Below are positions 1-12,390 of a stretch of DNA of 64,000 bases, piece after piece; the stretch's first letter is position 1; each line of letters opens with the position of its first letter. The notes under the pieces are model-generated. The model was not told the origin of the DNA and did no database searches. It saw only the letters and a list, made by a program, of their open reading frames with translations. A program made the position numbers and the translations under genes. Source of the stretch: Emiliania huxleyi CCMP1516 (Eukaryota). The DNA is taken from contig NW_005202176.1 of NCBI RefSeq assembly GCF_000372725.1, positions 229,152 to 293,151 on the forward strand. The letters run 5' to 3'.

Positions 1-655
1 CGCTGAACTGCTTGCTGCTGCTGCTCGCTTTGTCCCAGGAGCCAGGTGCTTGTGTCTAATCGTAGTGGGGGCCCTGGCCCCCCTCTGTTTTCTGTTTTCT
101 GTTTTTCAAAACGCCCGCCCGCCCGCCACCCCGAGGTGGCTCGGCCCCCCACTGACCCAGAGATCAAAAAACGTCGGCCCAGACGGCAGACGCGGGCGGG
201 CACGTTAAAATCGTAATCCGTAAACATCTAAAAAGTAAAACACACAACACACACACACACACACCGCTCACCCACGCGCACTGGGCCTTGCACTTTCGTG
301 AATGCCGTGGGGCTCCTGTCGTCAGACGTGGAGACGCGAGGGTTGCCCCCCCTTGCCCCACCACCTCGTGTGTGTGGAGAAGTTTACCTTACCTTACCTT
401 ACCTAGTAAAATTCCACCCCGCCAGCAAGGTCGGGTGGGCGCTAGACACGGAGCGAGGGAAGCAGTGGAGCGGGAGCCGCAGCACGAGTGACGGAGGAGC
501 CAGGCCGGCGGCACCCCTCTGCGCTGTCGGCACCGGCGGCGCCGCTCGTACGAACTTCATTTTTTCGGGGACTCGACACTTGACTTGCGAAGACGGACGT
601 CCCGGTCGGCGGTCGGCAGAATCGTCATCGCCGCGCCCCCAAGCGCGCTGCAGCG

Positions 656-1060
656 ATGCGAAGGAGCGTCTTCAACGAGGGGCCCGAGGACGCTCTGGTG
701 CCGGACAACGCCCCGCCAGAGATACGTAAGGCCACTGCCTGCTTCACCCGCCAAGCCAATACCACCGCCTGGCCGGTGCTGGGCAACGCTGCATGTGTCG
801 CAAGCATCATCGAGTGCTCCCGGTGCGGCCACCGCATGCATGTCAAGTGCGGCGAGATCTGGTTCCAGCAGAGGCGAACGTGCCCGTACTGCAGCGTGGC
901 GGACGACGGTGGCAACGTGCTTGAGATCAAGGCGAACGGGCCTGTTACGCTGCGGTACTGCCAGCCGGGCAAGCCCAGCCAAGGCACGCCCTCGCGGCTG
1001 ACCTCCACTGGTCCACCGCCCACTGGTCCCCGAGCCCACGTCGGCCGTGCACACGCATAG
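656..1060 (+). CDS. Small RING-like zinc-finger protein (probably partial/spliced)
   Basis: CSRCGHRMHVKCGEIWFQQRRTCPYC resembles the C-terminal half of a RING(-H2) finger; the N-terminal Cys pair is unclear. Confidence 0.4.
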   Translation: MRRSVFNEGPEDALVPDNAPPEIRKATACFTRQANTTAWPVLGNAACVASIIECSRCGHRMHVKCGEIWFQQRRTCPYCSVADDGGNVLEIKANGPVTLRYCQPGKPSQGTPSRLTSTGPPPTGPRAHVGRAHA

Positions 1061-1554
1061 GTGTTGGTAAGGGCAAGCTCGCGGCGCCGGAATGCGATCG
1101 CTCTCACTTCATCGTTGGCGCCTGAACAGTATCGGAGCTTGCACGCTACCACCACTTGATACGCTCGCCCCCTCAGAGGTCGCCTTCCTTCCGCGAGCGC
1201 GACCCTGCACGCGTGTACTCTGAATCCCCCCCAACATGCCCCCTAACACACCCCCTCTCCTGTCTTGAGCCGCCTCGTCTACTCTGCTGAGCATGTTATC
1301 CCTCTCGCCTCGTGTGTCGTGGTTGTAAAGAAAAAAGAAAGAAAAGAAACCCACGGGAGGGAGGACGGCACGCCGAAAAAGAAAGAAAGAAAACGGACAT
1401 GCCAAGGGAGGGATGGGAGGACGGCACGCCGCCACCACACAGGGATTTTAAGGAGAGGCACGCCGACTCGTGTGATCGGATTTCTTCAGTCGGGCCGCTG
1501 GCGCCGGGTGGGCGTCTGTTCGAGTGAGTTACGAACCACCGTGACGCTACCGCG

Positions 1555-2174
1555 ATGTCCTTCCACTGCATAGTGCCCGGTCACCCTCCGGTCAGTGCGA
1601 ACGCCTTCAAGCAGGTCGCGTCCAATCGCTGGATCGTCACGCTCGAGTGTCAGGAGGCAATCAACGAGGTGCGCTGTGATCACCCTGCACACTGTGCGCC
1701 CGTGCCACCGACGGCACGCCGCCGACGCGCGAGCAGGTCGTCGCTTTCGTCACTGAGCCCCTGGAGCCGAGCACTGCGCTCGGCTGCCACATCGCGTCGC
1801 CGCCTTTTGAGGAGTCGTCCTGGCACTACCTCGGGGCAATCACCGCGCAGGCGCCGTCGGTAGTGTTCAAGACGCGCCTGGTGTGGACGGCGCGCGACGC
1901 GCTGCCAACGTGCGTCCAGTTCGGGATCGAGCTGCAGCCCACCGCCCAGCTCGCTGCCCGGCCCGCAGAGATGGTCTCTGTTGAGGTGCTCGAGGCGGGC
2001 CGGCGCATAGGGAAGGACCTGTATGAGTACGTCGCCTCCTTTGCGGCTCCGGGAGGCGGGGTGCCGCCGCCCGGGTACATCGTCCTCCGCGGGGACGTCT
2101 TTGAGCGATGGCTAGCGCGCTTCAACGACAAGTGCGCGCGCTCTGGGCTCGACTGGCTGTACAACTCTGGCTGA
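1555..2174 (+). CDS. HIKESHI: Hikeshi/OPI10 (DUF775) family Hsp70 nuclear import carrier
   Basis: MSFHCIVPG..FKQVASNRWIVTLE..INE, GT-AG intron 1669-1736, then VVAFVTEPL..WHYLGAITAQAPSVVFK..FGIELQP..DLYEYVASF..VFERWLARFNDK; matches the family pattern. Confidence 0.85.
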
Positions 2175-2610
2175 TGGCGTCGAGACGATACACGATAGAG
2201 CAGAAGCAGAGGAGGGAGAGGGTACGCTTAGGAAGCCGTCGCTTTAGCTCTTAGTGCTCCGGTCGTACTCAGGTAACACTCGCGTGTAGACGCGCACACT
2301 TTCTCCCGCCCGATCGAGCAAGATGTACACAATATGGTCAATGCACATATGCCGCTGCGGGTTTTTTACTCTTTTTGTGCATTTGTCGATTTTGTGGCCC
2401 CTCGCCGACGCGAGGCGTCAGGCGCATGTCGCGCACATGTTTACCGTGTGGTCGGTTCGTTACGCGGTTATTTACGTCATCTTCATGGAGCTAGCCAGAA
2501 AATAAACAATATGCCTCTGTGCGCGCTCTGTGCGGCCGGGCGGAGGGAACAAGACACGCTACCTACATGGTCCGTGTGTGTGAGTGGAGGCCCCCAGGGG
2601 AGTTGGGAGC

Positions 2611-3397
2611 TCAGAACAGCTTGCTGCCGGTGGCGAGCTCCTGCCCGACCATTCCGGCGATGGCAATCATCGCGAGCCGCCCGTTGTTGAGCTCCTTGGT
2701 CTGCATCTCGGCGAGGGCAGCGGCGTTGGACGGCTTGAGGCCGAGCGGGTCGAACCCGAGGTCGCCCGGGACGTGGTCCTTGCGGATGCCCCAGAGCTTG
2801 GTGCCCGGGTTCTCAAACGTGAAGACCGAGAAAACCTCGGCGACCGCGATGACGCCGACAACCACCGGCCAGAAGGTCTGGAGCGGCGTCTGCTGGAAGG
2901 CGACGTACGAGGGGGCGTCATCTGACGCGAACAGCGGATGGAACTGCTCGGCCACGGGGAAGCCCAGCGCGGCGAGCATCGCGACGCGCGCGTGCTTGAT
3001 CTCGACCTGACGAGACAAAGTTGAGGTGGGAGGCGGGAGGCTCGGGTGCTGGTGGCAGGGTGGCAGCTCGGGAGATTTGGCGGAGGAAACGGACCTCACG
3101 GAGGAAGCGGATCGTCTCCTCGTCGCGCTCGGCGCAGAAGTTGAGGGGGTCGAAGTAGCCGAGCGGAGCAGTCGCACCGGGAAGGGCAGCCGCGAACGTG
3201 GCGCCATTGAAGGTGGTGGGCGCAACGGAGTTAGAGGCGGTGTCCATCATGTCGGTGAGGTTGTCGACGTTCCAGCCCTCCTCGGGCTCCATCTCGTTGG
3301 CGAGGCGAATAGAGGCGGCGGCAGGGGCCGCCGTCGGGCGAATGACGCGCGCGGGCGCGGCGAAGGCGTTGGAGGTCGACGACACGAAGGAGAGCAT
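2611..3397 (-). CDS. LHCX: Fucoxanthin-chlorophyll a/c binding protein, LHCX/LI818-like
   Basis: Plastid-type leader; PLGYFDPL, RE|VEIKHARVAMLA (GT-AG intron 3007-3094), FHPLF, GDLGFDPLGL, QTKELNNGRLAM. Confidence 0.92.
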
Positions 3398-3815
3398 GGT
3401 TGCGTGGTTGATCTGCTGGAAAATTCCGGGAAAACGGAAGAAGGAGGGAAGTGGACCAAAGGTTCTTTTAAAAAATGAGAGAAAGTTCCAAGACCAGTCA
3501 GGAGCAGGAGAGCCCCACCTGTGCCCCTGATCGTCCTTCCAAAATCCTGCTCGTGCAGGTGGGGAGGATGACCCTGACACTGACACCCTGTCCTCCTCCC
3601 CTATGCCCTATCCCTCGTTTGGCTTGTCTGTTTTCTTTCTTTCTTTCTGCTCCAAGACCAAATGGTGCGTAATGGACACACAGCGCATGGCCATCGCACA
3701 CAGCGCTATAGACTCTGCTCCGCCAACTGACTCCGTGCCGCATCGCTCATGCGGACTCTCGCGGTCACTCCCTGTACCTTGACGGCCCTACCATCACAGC
3801 TGACGCGGCCAGCCC

Positions 3816-4427
3816 TCACGCGACCGGTGCGGGCATGGCGCGCAGCCTCGCGGCGCGCTCGCGGTCGTCGCGCGCGCTCGGCGCGTCGCGCAGCATCTCG
3901 TGCACGTCCGCCCGCTGCTCGAGCAGCAGCGTCAGCAGATGCGCCGCCCGGCCCTTGAGACTCGACGCCTCCTGCAGCGCCTCGGTGAGGAGCGCCAAGG
4001 CCTCACCACCCTTATTGGAGCGCAGCGCCCGCATCGCGTACATGCGCCGCAGCCACGCTCGCTGCGCCGCCTCTGGCACGGTCACGCCCACATGGTCCAG
4101 GAGCGCAGCGCACGATGACGGCTTGTAGACGTCGTGGAAGACGTCCGACGGGCCGCCGTCGGTGGTGACCACGTTGGGGCCGGACCCGCAGCCGCCCAGG
4201 CAGCCGCACGCCTGGACGCGGCTTGCCGCGAAGGCCTCCTGCAGCGTCGCGAGCGCCACTCCGCCGTTCTGGTTGGAGTTGGCCTGATCGGAGGCGGCAG
4301 CCAGCGCAAAGAGGGAATCGAGTGTGTCCGCCGAGCCCGCCTTGCGGCAGACGCTATTCTTGCAGATTCTGAGGCCGATGGGATGTATGGAGAGAACCGC
4401 GGCAGCGAGCAGGGTGGCAGCTATCAT
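3816..4427 (-). CDS. Thioredoxin-like [2Fe-2S] ferredoxin with C-terminal TPR-like helices
   Basis: Signal-like N-terminus MIAATLLAAAVL; ICKNSVCRKAGS...CGCLGGCGSGPNV Cys pattern; helical C-terminus. Confidence 0.75.
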   Translation of the reverse strand: MIAATLLAAAVLSIHPIGLRICKNSVCRKAGSADTLDSLFALAAASDQANSNQNGGVALATLQEAFAASRVQACGCLGGCGSGPNVVTTDGGPSDVFHDVYKPSSCAALLDHVGVTVPEAAQRAWLRRMYAMRALRSNKGGEALALLTEALQEASSLKGRAAHLLTLLLEQRADVHEMLRDAPSARDDRERAARLRAMPAPVA

Positions 4428-4535
4428 TTTTCGATGAGATGAGTGGTGAGAGGCAGGTGATGTGAGATGGCCGAAGCTTTCTTTTATCAGAAACTGCTCA
4501 TGGACCATGCATAAGAAAGGGATCCGCCTGTGTTA

Positions 4536-6587
4536 CTACACTCTGTGCGAGTCGGCGTACGTGTAGTCATCCACATACGGCGGGGGGTGCGAGGGCGAAG
4601 GCCGCATCTCACTGCTGCCGCGCCGGAGGAAGTTGAAGTTCAAGTTGAGCCGGTTGATCATGTTGTTGTAGTTGCGCTCGACGTCAGCCTGCGCCATGCG
4701 TAGGGGCGGGGGGGGAGGGGTCGGCTGGGGGGGGGAGGAGGCAACGCGCAGCTTCCACAGCTTCCGCAGCTTCCGCGCGCGCACCGCAAACTCGTCGGAT
4801 ATCACCCCGTCGTCGCCTTGCGCCAGCATCGCCAAAATATCGCTCTCCACCTGGGGCGCGTGCCTGCGTTACCGCCCGCGCCATAGTGGGGTGGGCCGGG
4901 GGCACTCTGGAGCCCGCCTGATTCGCGTACTCCGGGTCCTTTGCCCAGGCGAGGCGATGGCTCTCGCCGCCCAACGGGTCGAGGAAGGGATTGACCATCC
5001 CTTCCGGCAGCTGCCCCGGGTTGACGACGCGGGTGGACGAGCCGATCAGCTCGCCTTTAGCAGCAACGCGGATCCATCCTAGTGTGGTGCTGAGCCGAAG
5101 CGCGTGAGGGCGCGTCAGGCCCACCGGAGCACATGTGCGACATCGCATTCGCGTGGATGGCCCGCAGGATCTTTTCAACCTCAAAGTCGATGGCATCGTG
5201 CCCAAAGGGGTTGGAGAGCTGCGAGAAGGGGGGGGAGGAGGGCGAGGACGGATGAGAGGAGAGGCCGAATGCTGCCGCACAGCAGGTTCGAGGCAGCGAG
5301 CGGGCCTGTACGGCGATGCCGCGCATGCCAAGCAGCACGACCTTTGGGCCAGGGCACGGCTCTCGGGCACACGGCCCTCGCCGTCGGGGAAAGAGGGCCA
5401 TAGGCGAGGGCGAGCGATTGGGCAAGGAGCGGGTCGCCGCGCCGTAAAGAAGGCGAGGATCGGTATGGATAGGAAGACCTTCAGGTCGGGGAACGACGCG
5501 AGAGAGTACGAGATGACGAGCAGCTGCACCTGCGTGCGGGGTGCGCGGGCGGCAGCGCCTGCGATAAGCGGTGCGCCCGGGCGGTCGTGGCGGCCGGGTG
5601 GTCGGGCGGATGCACAATCATCAGGATGTTGAGCAAGTGAAAGTATCCTATTGCGTCCAGCCCAGGTGACTGGTGGCGTAGCTGCGGGAGGGCGAGGAGC
5701 CGCGCAGTGAAGCGAGGCCGACGGGGACCGGCTGCTTGACCATGTTGATGATCTGGCTCGCGTGGTTGCGAAACGCCCAGGTCACGCCAGTGAAGCGATG
5801 TGTGATGAGCTCGCGCGAAATGTCGGGGTACGAGTCGCCTTCCCGCGCGAGCAACGCTCTGACGTGCTCCAGCGCCCAGCAGAGAGGGATGAACTGCTTC
5901 ATCCCCTTGTACGCCTTGATCGTGGCAACCTCGTCCTGGCTCATGGTATCGCGCATCCTGCGAGAGAGCCGGGGCGCCCGTGAAGCAGTGCGCCGGCAGC
6001 TGCGGCGGGGTGGCGCCACCGGGGAAGGCGCACTGCATCATCTTCCATTCGTTCTCCTGGATGCCCTGGTCATACACCGCATAGAAGGAGAGGTGCGCCG
6101 ATGCGAGGAAGAAGCGGAGCGCGTTCCAGCGGAACGTCGACCTGACAAGGCGCGGTGCGAGCTGTATCGGGCGCCCGGCCATTGCTCCTCTGCCTTGCGC
6201 GTGTGCGAGCCTGTATGGCTCCTCGACCGCCTCGGAGTAGACCTTGCAGAGCGAGACCCACTCCATGGTCCGGCCACCGATGCCGAGCACATGGCCGTAA
6301 AAGGTGTAAAAGCGGTTGTACATGGCGTTGCCGTAAAAAATGACGAAAAAGAAGAGCAGCGAGGAGCACAGCGTCCCAATCTTCCAGTCGAGCACCGGAA
6401 GAGGGTGAGGGGACATGCCGGTCTCTATCCGGCCGTCGAGCAGCAGAAAGATGATGTGGGAGGACATCGTGAGCCAAAAGATGGGGCCAAAGAACGCGCC
6501 GACGAGGACGGTCCCCCGCCACATGCAGAGGAGCCGTGGCAGCCCGCACCATCCAGTGAGGTCGCCGGCATCGTATTCGATCGTCAT
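4536..6587 (-). CDS. Bestrophin-family anion channel (multi-exon; 3' end uncertain)
   Basis: MTIEYD..LLCMWRGTVL; LLFFFVIFYGNAMYNRF; QPVP.GYFHLLN; LSNPFGHDAIDF; several GC/GT introns. Confidence 0.82.
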
Positions 6588-6731
6588 AGCTGGGGCAGGC
6601 GCTCCATGGGCGCAACCATCCCCGGCAATCACGACTTTACTTTTGCCATTGAGGCAAAAGTGCGCATTCAATTGCCCCATTCTTGACGCGAGCAGGCGCA
6701 GTGGGGAGGCTCTGCAGCGCATGGCCTTTTA

Positions 6732-7218
6732 CACCCCCCACAGCAAATCGGTTTTTGCCCTTAACTAGTGCCGTTTTCGTTGGACCAATTTTCGCTTAAC
6801 CGTTGGTCGGTTTGAGCACTATTTCAGCCAACGCCCACAGCAAATCGGTGAAAACCTGCTCTGCGAGAGCGAGTTTTGTGGCTTAATCCGGCTTCCGTCG
6901 GCCGTCCCGTGACTCATCGCGCCGCCGCGTTGCACATTGGACACATGCTCTAGGTCTAGCGCCTCGCCGAGGCGCACAATAGTCCCCAGTCTGGCAACGG
7001 CCAGTTCTGTCATCCTGGTGCTCAAGGAAACGGAAAGCGGCGAAAGCCGACGGTTGGTAGGAATGGGGCTCTGGCCAGATTTGGGCTTGGAGTGGCTGCG
7101 TCGAGTTTTGGATCTCGACGCGTCGATAATAGTGCGAGTTTTTTTGGCCCATTTTGCGCTTGGCATCGCTGGGAAATCGCACTATTTAAGGGCAAAAACC
7201 GATTTGCTGTGGGGGGCG
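6732..7218. mobile_element. MITE, PIF/Harbinger(Tourist)-like
   Basis: 33-bp TIR CACCCCCCACAGCAAATCGGTTTTTGCCCTTAA with a one-mismatch reverse complement at 7186-7218; TTA on both sides (6729-31, 7219-21). Confidence 0.85.
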
Positions 7219-7497
7219 TTATAGTTGTGAAAGTGGTGCTTGCTGTTGCCCTCGCCGTGTAAGTGTCCCACTTATCGAATTTGTGCAGGCGAGAGTACTC
7301 GTCCGAATTCCGGCGTTTTTCATAATTCTCACCCTACTATACTACAAGTACTCTCATAGCTCGTTCGACTAATTACTCGTATGCAGTACACTCGCTATCC
7401 CCGGACCCACAGCGGAGCTGCGGGACCAGTGCCCCATCACATGACCCTAGTAGAGTCATAGGGAGGAGGAGACAATCGAGCCACAATCGCCGCTCGG

Positions 7498-8237
7498 GAG
7501 CGATTCTAAGATCAGGCCTGCCACTGGGCGAAAATCGGCCGTCCCTCAGTGCTTCCAGCCTGCCCGCTTCAGTTTCCTCAATTGGCTCGAATTTTGCTTG
7601 TAGAAAAAAGAATAGCGCCGATCGCGGGCCGCCGGAGCGGGCATTTCGAAGTGGTCAGCGGGCATTTCGAAGTGGTGCGGCGGCAGGCTGCCACCGCTGC
7701 CCGGGCGCCCCGAGCGGCGGCGGAGGGCCGCCCAGGCCACCACCAGTGCCCCTCCCACCGGCAGCGCGGCGGCAGCGGCGCCGACCGCCCCTCCATCAGC
7801 GGTGGCGCGACGGCTGTCGTCGGGGCGCCGGCAGGTGCCGCGCGCAGAGGGTGCCACCGGACCGGCCGACGCGCGCCCGGCGGAGCCTTCGTCGTGCATG
7901 GCGGGCCGAGCACCCCCGCGTCGCTTCTCGGCGCATTGGAGAGCAGAGGAAGCTGCTGGCGTCGCCGCTGGGATCGGCGGCGGCGCCAGCAGCGTTCTCG
8001 GATCTGAAGCCGACTTTGAGCGCCGATCGATCGATCTGAGGGCTGGCCGATGGGTGGCGCTGGGACATCGCCGCCGCCGCGGAGGCCGGCGGCGACCAGA
8101 GGAGCGGTTGGGGCGCGTGGCGCATATGTTACCTGCCAAAAGTGAGCATTCAAGTGTGCTTCGAGATTTATTCGAGATTTGTAACTTAGATTTTCGTTTC
8201 CAGCGGGGAGGTGGCAGACCTGATCTTAGAATCGCTC
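7498..8237. mobile_element. Non-autonomous DNA transposon, 4-bp TSD (Sola2-like termini)
   Basis: 27-bp TIR GAGCGATTCTAAGATCAGG(C/T)CTGCCAC; TCGG duplicated at 7494-97 and 8238-41. Confidence 0.8.
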
Positions 8238-9289
8238 TCGGCGCGACAATTCATGGACCGACTGAGGCTCGAGCTGCTTCTCGGGCACAGGGGGACCGAA
8301 ACTAGTCAAGCCCGCGCCGGCCAAGACAACGACGACAGCGACGAGGGCGCAAGGAGCGACGACGAGGAGACACCCGACCACGCAGCAGAGCCAGGACCGA
8401 GCGAGCAACCACCCGAAACGGGCCATCCGAACGATGGCAGCCAGGCAGACGACGAATTTACAGTCATGGAGGCGTAGACGAAGAACAGCCAGAGCACGAG
8501 GCATCCCAGCCGCCGAGGAAGCGGGGACGATTTGAGAACGAACGGAGCGATTCGATGAGTCAGGGAGAGGGGGCGAGCCAGCAGCATGACGAGGGCGAGG
8601 AGCAGATGACGAAAGCGCAGAGGAAGCGGGAGCGCCAACGAAAGGAGGGCCCGCCACGGAAGCCTAGAGATAATTTCAGACGGAGACGCGCTGACCAACC
8701 GTACTAAGCCGACAGAGGAAGGGGGCTCCGAAAGGCCGCGCATGCCCCCGCATGCCGGGCGAATAGGCAGGTCACAGACCTCCCCCTTCCCGATGAACGT
8801 GGTTCATGGTGGGTGTTCTGTTCATAACGCTACTTACTTGTAACCACGATCGATGCGAGGACGCAAGTCCACCAAACTCGGCCATTCCAACGGCCAGACC
8901 GCTCGCTTAAGGCTGATTGGCTAGACGAGCGGTCTACCTCCGACAGGGCGGTCCGACAGCGCGTGGATCCGGCCCGCCCCGGCGGGTTACGGTTTATTTA
9001 GCGCGCCGACAGACCGCCCTCTCCATCACCCTCGCCCAGGGATCTACAATGCTGTCTTAAGGTCCGACAGGTTCGGCACCGGGCACCGCCTCGGTATACA
9101 AAATGCGCCTGCGGGCGGACCCTTACAGATCACAGATCACAGATCATAGATCTAGGGAGGGTCACCCTGCTCCCTCATGCAAGCTGGGAGAGTCAAATGG
9201 GCATCCGCTCGTTGGACACACCGCAATCGTCCTTGCTGGCGTGATCGACCTGCACCTCCGAACTCGACAGTCGCACGTTGTGACGGGGG

Positions 9290-10075
9290 GTGATGTGGTC
9301 GGTACGGACAGAGACATTGGGCCCGAGATGGGGCACAGGCCATCCCATAGTGCAGCTCGAGGATGGCTGGCCGCGCTGGCAGCGCTGCGCTAAAGGAATG
9401 GTTGGCTTGCAATCCTGCCGCCCAAATGTGCCATCGAGCGTCGGAGGCTGCAACCAGACTGCGACTATCGGTGGTATGGGCCCGCAGCGTGGCCTCGACC
9501 GCTTTGGGTACTGGAGGCAGAGCGACTGCATCGGGTCACCCTTGCCGTTCCTGGATGACAACACACTCGTGCCCGTCGTCCACATCGCGCAGCGCGCCTT
9601 CTACCCGCGTCCGAAGCTGCGCGAAGGGGGGCTCAAGGGCTGCTGGTTCTTTGTCGCTCCGGGCAGTGACACGTACATTTCTATCGGTCGGAGTCTTCGC
9701 GCGGGTACGCGCGTGAGGGCGGTGCAGCTGCTCGGATTGAACATGACATTGCCACCTCACTATCCGTTTGCGCTGGACTACCAGCCTGTGTGCGAAGCTA
9801 CGCAGAAGCTCGGTTTCGACACGATTCAGTACCACAACCAGACGCGGGTGCGGAGGTTCACGGATGCCATCCCTGAAATCGTCGTGTGTCGACGCGAGTG
9901 CACCGACTCGAAGCCCTCCTTTGATGACGCATGCGCTGGAAACATCACGGTGTATCGAGGAGATGGCAGCCGGTGCTCTTGCGACAACAAGCAGCGAATC
10001 CTGAATTGCGCGGGCACGCCAGCGGGCGAGACTGAAACGAATGGCGAGAACGGCCACGCCTCGCTCCATCCATAG
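9290..10075 (+). CDS. Hypothetical Cys-rich protein
   Basis: 261-aa ORF of globular composition (GCWFFVAPGS..LGFDTIQY..PEIVVC..CSCD..LNC); no family recognised. Confidence 0.5.
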   Translation: MMWSVRTETLGPRWGTGHPIVQLEDGWPRWQRCAKGMVGLQSCRPNVPSSVGGCNQTATIGGMGPQRGLDRFGYWRQSDCIGSPLPFLDDNTLVPVVHIAQRAFYPRPKLREGGLKGCWFFVAPGSDTYISIGRSLRAGTRVRAVQLLGLNMTLPPHYPFALDYQPVCEATQKLGFDTIQYHNQTRVRRFTDAIPEIVVCRRECTDSKPSFDDACAGNITVYRGDGSRCSCDNKQRILNCAGTPAGETETNGENGHASLHP

Positions 10076-10544
10076 CCGTCAAAGCAGGCGGCATCGATTT
10101 CGCGCGAACGCAGCGTTGCCAGGTGACTCTCCCAGCGATTATGCTCGAGGCGGAAGGCAATGTCATCGAGAGGCCGCGGCCGCTCCCGCGGCTGCAGCCG
10201 CACCGGCTGCCTAGCCCGCTAGCCGGCTGGCGGCCGCAGGCCGCCCATGAATGCGACGACGGCCGCAATTGCCGCCCTCCTCGCCCAGCGCATTGCTTAG
10301 TGGTGCGCTCGCCTCCCTCCTGCGCGACGCTCATTCGAACGCGTTCTTGTCTGTCTCGGCGCGCGCGCAGCGCGCGAAAGAGGTGAGGTGTGAAGAGGGG
10401 GGTCGTGTCCGGTGTGAAGGGTAACCCACGGAAGGTATCAACTAGGGGCCCAATGCGGATTCAAGAGGGTATCAGAGTATAGCCTTAGGGTATGATTCGA
10501 TGATACCATACCAAGCTGAAGTACCGAATCCAGCAGCCCAAACT

Positions 10545-12115
10545 ATGTGCCTTCCCGCCTCCAGCACAGCAGACGCTACGCCGCCGCCGCCGCCGCCACC
10601 TCTGCCGCCGCCGCTGCTCGCAGCCCTCGCCGCCGGCTGGGGTGCCGGCTCAAGCTTGCGGCCAGCCCAAGAAGCGGCAATCCGCGCGGTGCTCGAGCGG
10701 CGAGACTCACTCATCGTGCAGAGCACAGGCTTCGGCAAGTCGCTCTGCTTCCAGCTCCCTGCCGCGGCGTCGCCGGGTGTCACCGTCGCCATCACTCCTC
10801 TCGTCGCCCTGGCTGCTGACCAGCTCCGCGAGTGCGGTGAGCGAGGCATCTCTGCGGCGTCGTGGTCGGCGTCGCTCGACGCGGCGGCCCGAGACGCTCT
10901 GGCGGCGGACCTGGAGGAGGAGGCGCCCGACACCAAGCTGCTCTACCTGACGCCCGAAGGGCTGCAGACGCCGCGCGTCAAGGAGATGCTGCGCAGCCTC
11001 CACGGGCGGGGCCTGCTCGCTGCATTCGCGGTCGACGAGGCGCACTGCGTCAGCCAGTGGGGGCACGACTTCCGACCGAGCTACCTCGAGATTGGCGCCA
11101 TCCGCAGCCAGCTGCCCGGCGTCCCCTTCCAAGCGCTGACGGCGACGGCGACAGACAAGGTCCGCGCGGACGTGTGCCGCTCGCTCCGCCTGGCGGACGA
11201 GGTGCGGGTCATCGGCTCGGTGGACCGGCGCAACCTCTTCTGGAGCGTCGCGAGCGGCTTCGTGAGCGACGAGGACGAGCTGGAGGACCTCTACGAGTGG
11301 CTGTGCGACCACGAGGGCAGCGGGATCATCTACTGCGCGTCGCGCAAGGGGTGCGAGACCCTCGCGACGACCCTCTCGGAGGCAGGGGTAGACGCCTCCG
11401 CCTACCACGCCGGCCTCCCGCGCGAGGCGCGCCACCCTCCCCTACCCCACGGTACCCGAACCCACCCTCCCCTGCCGCCTACCACGCCGGCCTCCCGCGC
11501 GAGGCGCGCGAGCGGCTGCAGCTCGACTTCCTCGACGGGACTGCGCGCGTGCTCGTCGCGACCATCGCCTTTGGCCTCGGCGTCAACAAGCCGGACGTGC
11601 GCTGGGTCCTGCACTGGGACCTGCCAAAGAGCCTCGCCGCGCTGGTGCAGGAGGCGGGCCGCGGAGGCAGGGACGGCGCGCCGGCCGTCTCTCGCGTGTA
11701 CGTCAACGAGCGGCGCGGCTCCGCCGACGAGCGGCGCGGCGGAGGCACCAGCGGAGGAGTGAGGCGCTACTGCGACACTCGCTCGTGCCGGCGCGACACG
11801 CTACTCGCCCACTTTGGGGAGGTGGCGTCGGCTGAGGGCGCGCGGGCCGCGCCCGAGAGCTGCTGCGACCGTTGCGCCGAGCGAGCGCTGCAGCCCTGTC
11901 CGCCGCCGCTGCCGCCAGTGCCCGTCGCCGCCGCCGGGCCGAGCGCGCTCCACGCGCCCCGCCGGCCGCCGCCGCCGCTCGGCGCGCGGCCGAACCGCCG
12001 CCCCCCGCTTGCGTCTCGCAATCCCATCGTCGCTCCGGGCGCCGCGCCTCCGTCGGCTCCCTCGGCGGCGGCGCGCCCCTTCAAGGTGCCTCGACGCGCC
12101 CCTCCGGCCGAGTGA
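10545..12115 (+). CDS. RECQ: RecQ family DNA helicase
   Basis: STGFGKSLCFQLP, AVDEAHCVSQWGHDFRPSY, ALTATAT, YHAGL, ATIAFGLGVNKPDVR, QEAGRGGRDG, Zn-binding CRR..CCDRC; GC-AG intron 11427-11503 restores the frame. Confidence 0.95.
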
Positions 12116-12292
12116 AGGTCGGGGGGCGGCTCTCGAAGGACGGGTGCGCAGGCATCGTCCCGCCGTGCGCAAGCGCAGGCATCTTCCCGTTACAGTTGGC
12201 AGAGGTCGGACTTCATGGGCTCGAGTGCGAACGTGCGAGGGTGACGCGGGGTTGACACAGTCTTGTGCTACTTGGGTGCGGGTCGATTTTTC

Positions 12293-12390
12293 GGAGAAAG
12301 AGAAGAAAGAAAAGAAAGAAAACAGACAAGCCAAGGGAGGGATGGAGCCACCACGCGCACCAGCCAGGCCCAGGGAGAGGACGGCACGCG
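12293..12390. repeat. Dispersed short repeat (AAAG-rich + ACAAGCCAAGGGAGGGATGG)
   Basis: Related copies at ~1328-1437 (+) and ~3612-3650 (-). Confidence 0.6.

Noticed and set aside
2611..6587. LHCX-ferredoxin-bestrophin as a photoprotection/CCM cluster
   Set aside because: The bestrophin has no evident plastid leader; adjacency alone is weak evidence
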